NCBI GenBank assembly: GCA_019244185.1
Contig: JAFATB010000023.1
Span: 352,001 to 416,000, forward strand
Direction: 5' to 3'
Source: Acidobacteriota bacterium
Lineage (GTDB): Bacteria; Acidobacteriota; Thermoanaerobaculia; Gp7-AA8
Length of the DNA: 64,000 bases
The notes under the pieces were generated by a model that searched no databases, was not told the DNA's origin, and saw nothing but the letters and a program-made list of their open reading frames with translations. The position numbers and the translations under genes were made by a program. Each line of letters opens with the position of its first letter. Within the stretch, counting starts at the first letter, position 1. Positions 28,771 through 38,157 of the stretch are shown one piece after another.

Positions 28771-29643
28771 ATGCGTCGCATCGCACTCGCTCTTGCCCTC
28801 GCCTCCCTCGCCACCGCGGCCTACGCGCGGGGCAACCATTACGGCAGTCACGTCCGTTCGGACGCCGACCGCTGTTCGGCCGACGACATCCAGTTCGACG
28901 ACGGCGACACCTACGTCGAGAAACAGGTCATCGACGCGGGAACTCTGCGCTCGCTGAAGATCGCCGGCGACCGCTCGCCGATCAGCGTGACCGGCGGCAG
29001 CGGTTCCGGCTACACCGTCACGGTCTGCAAGGCGGCGAACAGCCCCGAGAAACTGCGCGACATCAACGTCTCCGTCGTCGGCGGCGAAGTGAAGACGAGC
29101 GGTCCCTCGTCGACGCACAACTGGACGGTGCTGTATCACATCACCGTGCCGCGTGGCGCGAACGTCGACGTCTCCACCGAGAACGGTCCGCTCGCGCTGA
29201 GCGACGTCGACGGCACCGTCGTCGCGCGCGCGGAGAACGGTCCGCTGTCGCTTGCGAACGTCTCCGGCGAAGTCGACGCGCAGACGATCAACGGTCCGAT
29301 CAGCATCGACGGCGGCGCCGGCCGCATGACGGTCAAGGCGTCGAATGGTCCGCTGTCGATCGCGCTCGACGGCGACGGCTGGAACGGCTCGCTCGAGGCA
29401 TCGACCAAGAACGGTCCGCTCAGCATCAGCGTCCCGCGAAACTTCAACTCGGGGGTCGTCGTCGAATCAGACGGACGCGGGCCCATTTCTTGCCGGGCCG
29501 AGGGATGTGACCGCGGCTGGCGCATGACGCGCGATGGTGGTGACGACGGCGATGAGCCGCGCCGCATCGAGCTCGGTCACGGCGCCACGGCAGTGCACGC
29601 AACCACGGTCAACGGCCCAATCACGATTCGCGATACCCAGTAG
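28771..29643 (+). CDS. DUF4097-like beta-strand repeat secreted protein
   Basis: Signal peptide; repeated (T/E/S)xNGP(L/I)x(L/I) units about 19 aa apart. Confidence 0.8.
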   Translation: MRRIALALALASLATAAYARGNHYGSHVRSDADRCSADDIQFDDGDTYVEKQVIDAGTLRSLKIAGDRSPISVTGGSGSGYTVTVCKAANSPEKLRDINVSVVGGEVKTSGPSSTHNWTVLYHITVPRGANVDVSTENGPLALSDVDGTVVARAENGPLSLANVSGEVDAQTINGPISIDGGAGRMTVKASNGPLSIALDGDGWNGSLEASTKNGPLSISVPRNFNSGVVVESDGRGPISCRAEGCDRGWRMTRDGGDDGDEPRRIELGHGATAVHATTVNGPITIRDTQ

Positions 29644-29672
29644 CCACTCGGCGAAAGTGGCGTAGTCCCCCG

Positions 29673-29710
29673 GCGGGTTGGGAGATGGCGGGCACCGGCT
29701 CCCAACCCGC
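29673..29710. repeat. REP-like GC-rich inverted repeat
   Basis: GCGGGTTGGGAG-N14-CTCCCAACCCGC perfect 12-bp stem. Confidence 0.55.
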
Positions 29711-29728
29711 GGTGGCGCGGGCAAAAGC

Positions 29729-29838
29729 GAATTGAGAATGCAGAACGCAGAATGAAGAATTTAGAAGTGCGGTGGGCCGCCTTTGGCGGCCGCGCCTCTT
29801 TCTGAATTCTTCATTCTGCGTTCTGCATTCTGCATTCA
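29729..29838. repeat. Heptamer-arm inverted repeat element R4
   Basis: GAATTGA-GAATGCA-GAACGCA-GAATGAA-GAATTTA arm and its complement around GGCCGCC-TTT-GGCGGCC. Confidence 0.9.
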
Positions 29839-29870
29839 TCGTCCCTTGGTAGACTGTGCGCGCCGCGAAA

Positions 29871-31205
29871 ATGCCGGTCTCCACCGACACGCCCGAACCG
29901 CTCCCCCCACGCGGGCAACTGCTCGCGGTCCTCGGCGTCGGCTTCGGGCTCGCGGTCACGATCGGCAACGCCATCGGCGCCGGCATTCTCCGTACGCCGG
30001 GCGACATCGCCACGCACCTGCAGACCTTCTGGCCGTTCATCCTGGTCTGGCTCGGCGGCGCGCTCTACGCGTTCCTCGGCGCGAACGCGCTGGCCGAGCT
30101 CGCGACGCGCGTGCCGCGCTCCGGCGGGCAGTATGTTTTCGTTCGACACGCGCTCGGCGACTACGCGGGCTTCGTCGTCGGCTGGAGCGACTGGATCTCG
30201 ACGTGCGGCACGACCGCGGCCGTGGCCATCGTGGTCGGCGAATACACCGTCGCGCTGATTCCCGCCGCGCGCACGCAACAGGTCATCGCGCTCGCCGTCG
30301 TCGCGATCCTGACGATCGTGCAATGGCTCGGCGTGCGCGCCGGCAGCGCCGTCCAGAACGTCACCAGCGTGATGAAAGCGCTGGCGCTGCTGTTCTTCAT
30401 CGGCGCGTGCCTGTGGCTCGGCGCGCGGAATCCGATGGCGCCGACGGTGGTGAACGCGGAGCGCGAAGGCTCGCTCTTCCTGCCGTTCGTGCTCGCGCTG
30501 CAGTCGGTCATCTACACGTACGACGGCTGGTCGGCCGTCATCTACTTCTCCGAGGAAGTGAAGGACTACGCGCGCAGCATTCCGCGCGCGATGTTCTCGG
30601 GACTCGCGTCGGTGACGGCGATCTATCTTCTGATCAACATCGCCATCCTGCGCGTCGTCTCCGTGCCGACGATCGCCGGGGAAAAATTCGCGGCGGGCGT
30701 GGTGATGGAGCGCCTCTTCGGCGCGAACGGCTTCAACGTGTTGCGCGCGCTCGTCGTCGTGCTGCTCCTCAGCGCGGTCAGCTCGAACGTGCTCATGGCG
30801 CCGCGCGTGCTCTACGCGATGGCGAAGGACGGCCTGTTCTGGCGTGGGGCGCGTGAAGTGAATCGCGGTGGCACGCCCGACATCGCGCTGCTGATCAGCA
30901 GCCTTCTCGCCGGTGCGTTCATCGTCACCGGCACGTTCGAGACCGTCATCGCCAAGCTCGCGTTCTTCTTCGTCGCGAACTACACGCTCTCCTTCGCCGC
31001 GCTCTTCGTCTTGCGCCGCCGCGAGCCCGGCGCGCCGTTCCGCGCATGGGGACATCCGTTCACGACCTGCCTCGCGCTGCTCGCCTCGCTCGCGTTCCTC
31101 ATCGCCGCGACGCTCGGCGATCTCGCGAACAGCCGCTGGTCGCTGGGACTGCTCCTGCTCACGGTTCCGGTATATTTCGGGGCGAAACGGTTCTCCCGAC
31201 GATGA
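29871..31205 (+). CDS. APC family amino acid permease
   Basis: IGAGILRTPG, AELATRVPRSGGQY and YTYDGW motifs; ~12 TM segments. Confidence 0.92.
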   Translation: MPVSTDTPEPLPPRGQLLAVLGVGFGLAVTIGNAIGAGILRTPGDIATHLQTFWPFILVWLGGALYAFLGANALAELATRVPRSGGQYVFVRHALGDYAGFVVGWSDWISTCGTTAAVAIVVGEYTVALIPAARTQQVIALAVVAILTIVQWLGVRAGSAVQNVTSVMKALALLFFIGACLWLGARNPMAPTVVNAEREGSLFLPFVLALQSVIYTYDGWSAVIYFSEEVKDYARSIPRAMFSGLASVTAIYLLINIAILRVVSVPTIAGEKFAAGVVMERLFGANGFNVLRALVVVLLLSAVSSNVLMAPRVLYAMAKDGLFWRGAREVNRGGTPDIALLISSLLAGAFIVTGTFETVIAKLAFFFVANYTLSFAALFVLRRREPGAPFRAWGHPFTTCLALLASLAFLIAATLGDLANSRWSLGLLLLTVPVYFGAKRFSRR

Positions 31206-32275
31206 TCGATCCGCGCCTCGAATCCGCCTCCACGCTCTCTGCCCGCTACTACACCGACGCGGCGGTGCTGGAGGAAGAGAACCGCCGCATCTTCGCGCGC
31301 ACGTGGCAGCTCGCGGGGCGCAGCGAACAGGTGGCGGAGGCGGGACAGTTCTTCACGACGACGATCGCGGAAGAGCCGGTGCTCGTCGTGCGCGGCAACG
31401 ACGGCGAGCTGCGCGCGCTGTCGAACGTCTGCCGCCATCGCGCCGGTCCCGTCGCGACAGGCGAGGGAAAGCGCCCGGTGCTGCAATGCGGCTATCACGG
31501 CTGGACGTACTCGCTCGACGGCCGCCTCGCGCGCACGCCGGAGTTCGACGGCGTCCGCGACTTCGATCGCGAGCATTGCGCGCTGCCGCGCTTTCAGGCC
31601 GCGGAGTGGAACGAGCTCGTGTTCGTGAATCTCGATCCGCGCGCCGAGTCGTTGCGCGACTTCCTCGGCACGCTCCTCGACGACATGCCGCGCCACGACT
31701 ACCGCGGCTTCCGTCTCGCGCACCGCAAGGCGTGGGAGCTCGACTGCAACTGGAAGGTCTACGTCGACAACTACCTCGAGGGCTACCACATCCCGATCGT
31801 GCATCCGGGACTCTTCCGCGAGCTCGACTACGCGAACTACCGCACCGAAGTGAAGCGGACGTACTCGATTCAGTTTGCGCCGACGAAGAAAGCGGAGCGC
31901 ATCCGCACGAGCGGCGGCGACGACGAGGTGCGCTACTTCTGGATCTTCCCGAACCTCATGCTCAACGTCTATCCCGACAATTTCTCGACGAACCTCATCC
32001 TGCCCCTCGGCCACGGCCGCACGCTCACGCTCTTCGACTGGTACTTCAAGGATCCGAGCGCGGTGAAGCGCGAGATCGACGAGACCGTGCAGTTCAGCGA
32101 CGAGATTCAGGTCGAGGACATCGAGATCTGCGAGACCGTGCAGCGCGGCCTGCGCTCGTCGACGTATGACACGGGCCGCTACTCGCCGAAGCGCGAGAAC
32201 GGCGTGCACCACTTCCACTGCATGTACCAGGAGCTCATGGGGCTGGTCGCCTCGCCCACGGCGCGCCGGCCCTGA
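31202..32275 (+). CDS. Rieske non-heme iron oxygenase alpha subunit (choline monooxygenase-like)
   Basis: NVCRHR...CGYHGW Rieske motif; NWKVYVDNYLEGYHIPIVH; EDIEICE. Confidence 0.9.
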   Translation: MIDPRLESASTLSARYYTDAAVLEEENRRIFARTWQLAGRSEQVAEAGQFFTTTIAEEPVLVVRGNDGELRALSNVCRHRAGPVATGEGKRPVLQCGYHGWTYSLDGRLARTPEFDGVRDFDREHCALPRFQAAEWNELVFVNLDPRAESLRDFLGTLLDDMPRHDYRGFRLAHRKAWELDCNWKVYVDNYLEGYHIPIVHPGLFRELDYANYRTEVKRTYSIQFAPTKKAERIRTSGGDDEVRYFWIFPNLMLNVYPDNFSTNLILPLGHGRTLTLFDWYFKDPSAVKREIDETVQFSDEIQVEDIEICETVQRGLRSSTYDTGRYSPKRENGVHHFHCMYQELMGLVASPTARRP

Positions 32276-32777
32276 TCGTCCGCGCGTACACCGGACAGTC
32301 TTCGTCGTGTGCGCCGGCGAGGTAGCCGGTCGACAGCAGGAACGAGCCGGTGATCTCGCCGCCGGTGAAGACGAACGTCTTCTTGAAGAGCTTCACCCAC
32401 TCCTCTTTCGTGCGCGGATGATGCGCGTCGAGCCACTGTGCGAACGAGCCGTGCGTCTTGCGCAGCGCGCGGATGCGTTTCGCGTTCTCGATTGCCGCGT
32501 CGACCTTGAGGCGATTGCGGATGATGCCTTCGTTTTCGAGCAGGCGCGCGCGTTTGCGATCGTCGAAGCGCGCCACGCGATCGACGTCGAACCGTGCGAA
32601 CGCGTCGCGAAAGGCATCGCGCTTCTTCAGGATCGTCAGCCATGACAATCCGGCCTGATTGATCTCCAGCACGAACCGTTCGAAGAGGCGGTCGTCGTCG
32701 CGGACGGGGAAGCCGTACTCCTCGTCGTGATACGGGCCGTGGAACGGATGGCCGGGCGCGATGGTGCAGTAACTCAT
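32235..32777 (-). CDS. tag: DNA-3-methyladenine glycosylase I
   Basis: YHDEEYG, LEINQAGLSWLTILKKR, IIRNRLK and HDEDC motifs. Confidence 0.93.
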   Translation of the reverse strand: MSYCTIAPGHPFHGPYHDEEYGFPVRDDDRLFERFVLEINQAGLSWLTILKKRDAFRDAFARFDVDRVARFDDRKRARLLENEGIIRNRLKVDAAIENAKRIRALRKTHGSFAQWLDAHHPRTKEEWVKLFKKTFVFTGGEITGSFLLSTGYLAGAHDEDCPVYARTIRAGAPWARRPAP

Positions 32778-32831
32778 GGGCGCATTTTCTCTTGCAAGCA
32801 CAGCCCGCCATGCACAGACTTGCGCCCGAAC

Positions 32832-34610
32832 ATGCAGCCCATCGAGATCCTCGTCGCCGCGGCGCTTCTGGCCGCGGCCGTGCTGGCCCTCGTGCGCCAA
32901 CTCGCGGCGTCGCGTTCCGAGCGCGCGCTGCGCGACTCCGACCGCTTCGCGAGCGAGATCCTCGAAAACGCCGGTGAAGGCATCGTCGTCTGCGACCGCG
33001 ACCTGCGTTACGTGCTCTGGAACCGCTTCATGGAAGAGCTCTCCGGCATGACCGCGGAAGACGTGATCGGCCGCAGCGCGCCCGATCTCTTTCCGCACAT
33101 CCGCGAGCAGCACGTCGACGAGCTGCTGCGCCGCGCGCTCGCGGGCGAGACCGTCTCGTCGCCCGACATCCACTACTACGTCCCCGGCACCGGTCGCGAA
33201 GGATGGATCTCCTCCGTCTACCGCCCGCACTCCGACGCCGCGGGCAACATCATCGGCGTCATCGGTCTCATTCGCGACATTACCGAGCGCAAGAGCGCCG
33301 AGCAGCAGATCGAATATCAGGCGTACCACGACGCGCTGACCGGTCTCGCGAACCGCCGCCTCTTTCAGGAGCATCTCTCGCTCGCCCTCGCGCTCGCGCA
33401 GCGGCGCCACACGCTCGTCGCGGTGCTCTTCCTCGATCTCGATCACTTCAAGCTCGTGAACGACTCCCTCGGGCATTCGGTCGGCGACGCGCTGCTGCGG
33501 CAGGTCGCGAAGCGGTTGAAAGCGGCGGTGCGCGAAGGCGACACCGTCGCGCGCGTCGGCGGCGACGAGTTCACGATCGTGCTGCAGGAGCTCTCGCGCC
33601 GCGAAGATGCCGCGCTCGTCGCGCAGGCGGTGCTGCGCTGCGTCTCCGAGCCGATCGAAGTGAACGAACACAAGCTGTACGTCACGACCAGCATCGGCAT
33701 CACCGTCTATCCCGACGACGGCGAAGACGCGGAAGCGTTGCTCAAGAATGCCGACACCGCGATGTACCGCGCGAAATCCGAGGGGCGGAACACGTTCCAG
33801 ATGTCGACGCAGGAGCTGAGCCGCACCACGCATGAGCGGATGACGGTCGAGAACGGCCTGCACCGCGCGCTCGAGGCGGAGGAGTTCGAGCTGCTGTATC
33901 AGCCGCAGATCGAGATCGCCACGATGAACATCGTCGGCATGGAGGCGCTGCTGCGCTGGCGTCATCCACAGCGTGGTGTGATCGCGCCGGAAGACTTCAT
34001 CGGCGTCGCCGAAGAGCGCGGTCTCATCCTCGACATCGGCCAGTGGGTGATCCGCGAGGCGTGCCGCGCGGTGCGGCAGTTCCAGAACGACGGCCGGCCG
34101 CATTTCCGCGTGGCCGTCAACATCTCCGCGCGGCAGTTCCGCGATCCGTCGCTGATGGCGAACATCGAAGAGGCGCTCGCGGAGTCGCGCATCGATCCAC
34201 GGACGCTGGAGCTGGAGATCACCGAGACGGTCGCGATGGAAGACGTCGAGCTGACGATGTCCACGCTCGCGCGCCTCCGCAGCCTCGGCATCACCATCGC
34301 CATCGACGACTTCGGCACCGGCCATTCGTCGCTGAGCTACATCAAGCGCTTTCCGATCGACGCGCTGAAGATCGACAAAGGCTTCGTCGCCGATCTCCCC
34401 GACGGTTTCGAGGACGCCGCGATCGTGAGCTCCGTCATTCAGCTCGCGAACGGGCTCGGACTGCGCGTCGTCGCGGAAGGCGTCGAGCGGCACGAGCAGC
34501 TCGAGTTCCTCCGCGACTCCGACTGCCGCGAGGTGCAGGGCTTCTACTTCAGCTACCCGGTGCCGCTCGACGAGATCGAGAAGCTGCTGTCAGCGGCTCC
34601 CGCGCAGTAG
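32832..34610 (+). CDS. PAS-GGDEF-EAL diguanylate cyclase/phosphodiesterase
   Basis: N-terminal TM and PAS; REGD I-site then GGDEF; EALLRW; DDFGTG. Confidence 0.94.
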   Translation: MQPIEILVAAALLAAAVLALVRQLAASRSERALRDSDRFASEILENAGEGIVVCDRDLRYVLWNRFMEELSGMTAEDVIGRSAPDLFPHIREQHVDELLRRALAGETVSSPDIHYYVPGTGREGWISSVYRPHSDAAGNIIGVIGLIRDITERKSAEQQIEYQAYHDALTGLANRRLFQEHLSLALALAQRRHTLVAVLFLDLDHFKLVNDSLGHSVGDALLRQVAKRLKAAVREGDTVARVGGDEFTIVLQELSRREDAALVAQAVLRCVSEPIEVNEHKLYVTTSIGITVYPDDGEDAEALLKNADTAMYRAKSEGRNTFQMSTQELSRTTHERMTVENGLHRALEAEEFELLYQPQIEIATMNIVGMEALLRWRHPQRGVIAPEDFIGVAEERGLILDIGQWVIREACRAVRQFQNDGRPHFRVAVNISARQFRDPSLMANIEEALAESRIDPRTLELEITETVAMEDVELTMSTLARLRSLGITIAIDDFGTGHSSLSYIKRFPIDALKIDKGFVADLPDGFEDAAIVSSVIQLANGLGLRVVAEGVERHEQLEFLRDSDCREVQGFYFSYPVPLDEIEKLLSAAPAQ

Positions 34611-35915
34611 CTCGCGCGCCGCGCGGCGTCCGCTCTCGATCGCGCCCGCGACCGTGCCGGTCTCGTCGCTGCTCGTCGCCTCGCCCGCGAAGAAGAGCGT
34701 CTTGCGCAGCGGCTTCGCCAGCGCGTCCGCCGCGTGACTGCCGCCGACGCCCGCGTACGAATACGCGCAGCGGCTGAAGGGATCGCTCTGCCAGTCGTGC
34801 ATCCACGTGCCGGCGAGGAGCGCGTCGACGCGCTTGCGCGGCAGTTGGAACAGACGCGCGAGCACGCCCAGGCCGCGGTCGATCATCGCGTCGTGTCCCT
34901 CGGCGAGCAACGCGTCTGCCGCGCTGCCGCCCGCCCAACCGATCAGCACCGGCGAGCGAAACGGCGCGACGGTCCACCACGTCGGGAAAAAGGGATCGTC
35001 GCTGTGCGCGAAGTTCAGCGGCGCGCCGCCTTTCGTGGGGCCATGTTCTTCCCAGAACGGCTCGCGGAAGCGGAACGCGATCTTCACCACATGCCCCGCC
35101 TCGAGATGCGCGATCATCGATTCTTTCTCGCGCAGCGGCGGATCGAAACGCACGCTGCCCGCTTTCAACACGCCGATCGGCAGCGTCAGCACCGCGGCGT
35201 TCGCGCGAATGCGTTCGCCGCGCGCGGTCTCGACGCTCACCGCGCCCTGCGACCATTCGATCGCCGCGACGGGCGTGCCGAGGCGCAACTCGCTCGTGTC
35301 GGGATCGAGTCCGGCGCGCAGCCAGTCGATGAGCGCGTGCTGTCCGCCTGCGAGCCGGAACTGCGGATTGCCTTCGGCGTCGTCCTGTTCTTCGTCCGCC
35401 ATCTGCAGCACGAGCGCGCTCATGCGCTCCGCGTGCGCCGCGTGGTAACCCTCGACGAAGCTGCGCGCGAGCTCGCACAGCCGCGGCGGAAAGCGATGCG
35501 CGCGCAGAAACTCGGCGAAGCTCACGTCGCGCGAGAGCTTGCCGATCTTCGCGCGCACGGTGTTGATGCGCTCCCAGAAATCGCCGATGCGCTCCCACTT
35601 GCCGTTGCGCGACCACCAGTGGTTGTCGGGCAGCTGCGCCACCGCGAGCGACGCCGCGTCGACGATGCCGAAGGTCGTCTCGCTGCGCCCGTGAATGAAC
35701 TCCGCGCCCAGTTCGACCGGCACCGGCAGATCGGGCAGTTGCAGCGAGTAGATGCGGCCGCCGATGCGCTCGCGCGCCTCGAGCACGCACACGCGCTTCC
35801 CCGCGCCCGACAACACGCGCGCCGCGGAAAGTCCCGCGGCCCCGGCACCGATGACGACGACGTCGAACTTCAAGCGAGCGGACGAGGTGCGGATGACGTG
35901 CCCGCTTGGAATCAT
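34590..35915 (-). CDS. Flavin monoamine oxidase family FAD-dependent oxidoreductase
   Basis: IGAGAAGL, LEARERIGGR, ELGAEFIHG and FFAGEAT motifs. Confidence 0.9.
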   Translation of the reverse strand: MIPSGHVIRTSSARLKFDVVVIGAGAAGLSAARVLSGAGKRVCVLEARERIGGRIYSLQLPDLPVPVELGAEFIHGRSETTFGIVDAASLAVAQLPDNHWWSRNGKWERIGDFWERINTVRAKIGKLSRDVSFAEFLRAHRFPPRLCELARSFVEGYHAAHAERMSALVLQMADEEQDDAEGNPQFRLAGGQHALIDWLRAGLDPDTSELRLGTPVAAIEWSQGAVSVETARGERIRANAAVLTLPIGVLKAGSVRFDPPLREKESMIAHLEAGHVVKIAFRFREPFWEEHGPTKGGAPLNFAHSDDPFFPTWWTVAPFRSPVLIGWAGGSAADALLAEGHDAMIDRGLGVLARLFQLPRKRVDALLAGTWMHDWQSDPFSRCAYSYAGVGGSHAADALAKPLRKTLFFAGEATSSDETGTVAGAIESGRRAARELLRGSR

Positions 35916-36087
35916 GAAGCGAGCTTACGCACGAACGATGTCGTGCTCGATGGGCGCGCCTGTCGCCTGCTGGAGCGAGGTACAGCGGGAGTGATCGCGC
36001 GCGATGAACGTCGAGCACGCGCTCGGATGAGGTGGGTCTATACGAACGGCGATATCTCGCCGGCGATGATACGGCCTGGCGCCGCGA

Positions 36088-36309
36088 TCACGCCTCGCCG
36101 GCGATGATGCTCCACGGCAGCTTGCGCACCTGCTGCACCTTCTCGTCGATGTCGCCCTGGGTGGCCTTGTCGCCGAGGACGCGGCGGAGGTATTCGACCT
36201 CCGTCGAGACCAGCTTGTTGTGCTTCGGCAGGAGGCGGATGGCGGCGCTTTGGAGGTTGCGTTCGGAGACGGTGACGAGCTTCGGGGTTCGTTTCAGCTG
36301 CTCTTCCAT
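36088..36309 (-). CDS. Small hypothetical protein
   Basis: 73-aa ORF (MEEQLKRTPK...) with strongly GC3-biased codons; start may extend to 36342. Confidence 0.65.
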   Translation of the reverse strand: MEEQLKRTPKLVTVSERNLQSAAIRLLPKHNKLVSTEVEYLRRVLGDKATQGDIDEKVQQVRKLPWSIIAGEA

Positions 36310-36355
36310 ATGTTCGGCAACGAACAAACGCGCCGAAATCATCCTAGTGCTGAGC

Positions 36356-36520
36356 TTACCGTTTCCGCGGGGCTGGCGCGGCGCGCGCCGGCAGCGCCGA
36401 GCGGAAGCTCAACGCCTGCTGGACGAACTCCTGCCGTTCGGGGACGCAGCCGCACAACGCGCACCGTACGCCGTCGAGATGCGCGGCTTTCGAATGGCCG
36501 CAATGCTCGCACCGTTTCAT
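36356..36520 (-). CDS. 54-aa Cys/His-rich putative Zn-binding microprotein (not in ORF track)
   Basis: GGAGG RBS then MKRCEHCGHSKAAHLDGVRCALCGCVPERQEFVQQALSFRSALPARAAPAPRKR*. Confidence 0.7.
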   Translation of the reverse strand: MKRCEHCGHSKAAHLDGVRCALCGCVPERQEFVQQALSFRSALPARAAPAPRKR

Positions 36521-36627
36521 CGTCGCCTCCACGTTAGTTATTTAACTCAAACGCCGTGCCCGGCTCATTCAGACTAAGGCCGCGGATTGCGAACTCGACG
36601 TTTTCCTAACCGCCGTAGAATCGCTCG

Positions 36628-37512
36628 ATGGTTGCGATCAACCCCGGCGCCGCGGACCTCGGCCGCATCAACGCGGTCCTGCACGGCCGGAACGCGCATC
36701 GCTACGAGCATCGCTTCACCGGTCCGCTCTCGGTGAAAGCGGTCATGCGCGGCGTGGCGACGTGGGAGACGCGCGCCGGCCGCTACGAAGTCGGCCCCGG
36801 CACCGTGCTGCTCCTCGAGGACGGCGAGGAGTACGAGATCACGATCGACAGTCTGCAGCCCGTAGAGACGTGGTGCTTCTTCTTCGCCCGCGGCTTCGTC
36901 GAGGACGCGTGGCGCGCGGCGACGACGTCGTCGTCCGCGCTGCTCGATGCGCCGGAGGACATCGCACGCGCGCCGCTCGCGGAACGCCTGCATTTCGACG
37001 CGCCGCTCGTCGCGGCGATGCAGCGCGCGCACGCGATGCCGGACTCGCTCGACGCCGCGTTCTTCGCGACGGCGAACGCGATCGTCGGCGTCCAATGCGA
37101 CGTGGCCGCGCGGGCGGAACGCCTGCCGTCGCTGCGCGCGTCGACACGCGAAGAGCTCGCGCGGCGGCTGCGGATCGCGACGGCGTTCCTGCACGCGAAC
37201 GTCGGACGCCGCGTTACGATCGACGAGGCGGCGCGCGAGGCGTGCCTCTCGCCGTTTCACTTTCATCGCCTGTTCGCGTCGTTCCACGGCACGACGCCGT
37301 ATCGCTACCTCACGACGCTGCGCATGCAGCGCGCGCGCATGCTGCTCCGCGCGACGGACCGCCCGATCGCCGACGTTGCCTTCGACTGCGGCTTCGAATC
37401 TCTCGGCTCGTTCACGACCCTCTTCACGCGCGTCGCCGGCGTGCCGCCCGCGCGCTTTCGCAGGAATCGAGAAACGGACGCGCGCATCGGCGCGATAGCA
37501 TCCTCCGCATGA
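36628..37512 (+). CDS. AraC family transcriptional regulator
   Basis: LSPFHFHRLF and IADVAFDCGFESLGSFTTLF motifs. Confidence 0.9.
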   Translation: MVAINPGAADLGRINAVLHGRNAHRYEHRFTGPLSVKAVMRGVATWETRAGRYEVGPGTVLLLEDGEEYEITIDSLQPVETWCFFFARGFVEDAWRAATTSSSALLDAPEDIARAPLAERLHFDAPLVAAMQRAHAMPDSLDAAFFATANAIVGVQCDVAARAERLPSLRASTREELARRLRIATAFLHANVGRRVTIDEAAREACLSPFHFHRLFASFHGTTPYRYLTTLRMQRARMLLRATDRPIADVAFDCGFESLGSFTTLFTRVAGVPPARFRRNRETDARIGAIASSA

Positions 37513-38156
37513 GCGTGCTTACCGATGCGATGAAGACGGGCGACGCGGCCGCCGTCGCGCGCCTGCTCGACGCCGACCCGTCGCTGCTGCAATCGGCCGA
37601 GAACGGCGTGACGCCGATCCTCTTCGCCTGCTACATCGGCAAGCCGGAACTGGCGCGGCTCTTCACCAAGCGCGGCGCGCGGCTGACGTTCGCCGAAGCG
37701 TGCGCGCTGGGAGAGGAAGGGGAGGTGGAACGCCAGCTCGACGCCGATCCGTCGCTCCTCCATTCGCCCTCTGCGGATGGCTTTCCTCCCTTAGGGCTGG
37801 CGATTTTCTTTCGTCACCCCGCGCTCGCGCGGCTGCTCATCGAGCGCGGTGCGGACGTCAACGCCGCCGCCGAAAACGCGCAGCGCGTCGCGCCGCTGCA
37901 CGCCGCCGCCGCGGTCCGCGATCGCGAGACCATGCAACTGCTTCTCGAACGCGGCGCCGATCCGAACGCGCGTCAGCAGCTCGACTACACGCCGCTCCAC
38001 GGCGCCGCCAGCCGCGGCGACACCGAGCTCGCGGAACTGCTCCTCACGCACGGCGCCGACCGCGACGCGCGGGCGGCAGACGGCATGACGCCGGCGGACG
38101 TCGCGCGCAAGTACGGACAGGACGCGTTCGCGGAGTGGCTCGCGCGCCAGGGCTGA
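37509..38156 (+). CDS. Ankyrin repeat protein
   Basis: TPILFA, PLHAAA, LLERGADPN and TPLHGAA repeats. Confidence 0.9.
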   Translation: MSVLTDAMKTGDAAAVARLLDADPSLLQSAENGVTPILFACYIGKPELARLFTKRGARLTFAEACALGEEGEVERQLDADPSLLHSPSADGFPPLGLAIFFRHPALARLLIERGADVNAAAENAQRVAPLHAAAAVRDRETMQLLLERGADPNARQQLDYTPLHGAASRGDTELAELLLTHGADRDARAADGMTPADVARKYGQDAFAEWLARQG

Positions 38157-38157
38157 C

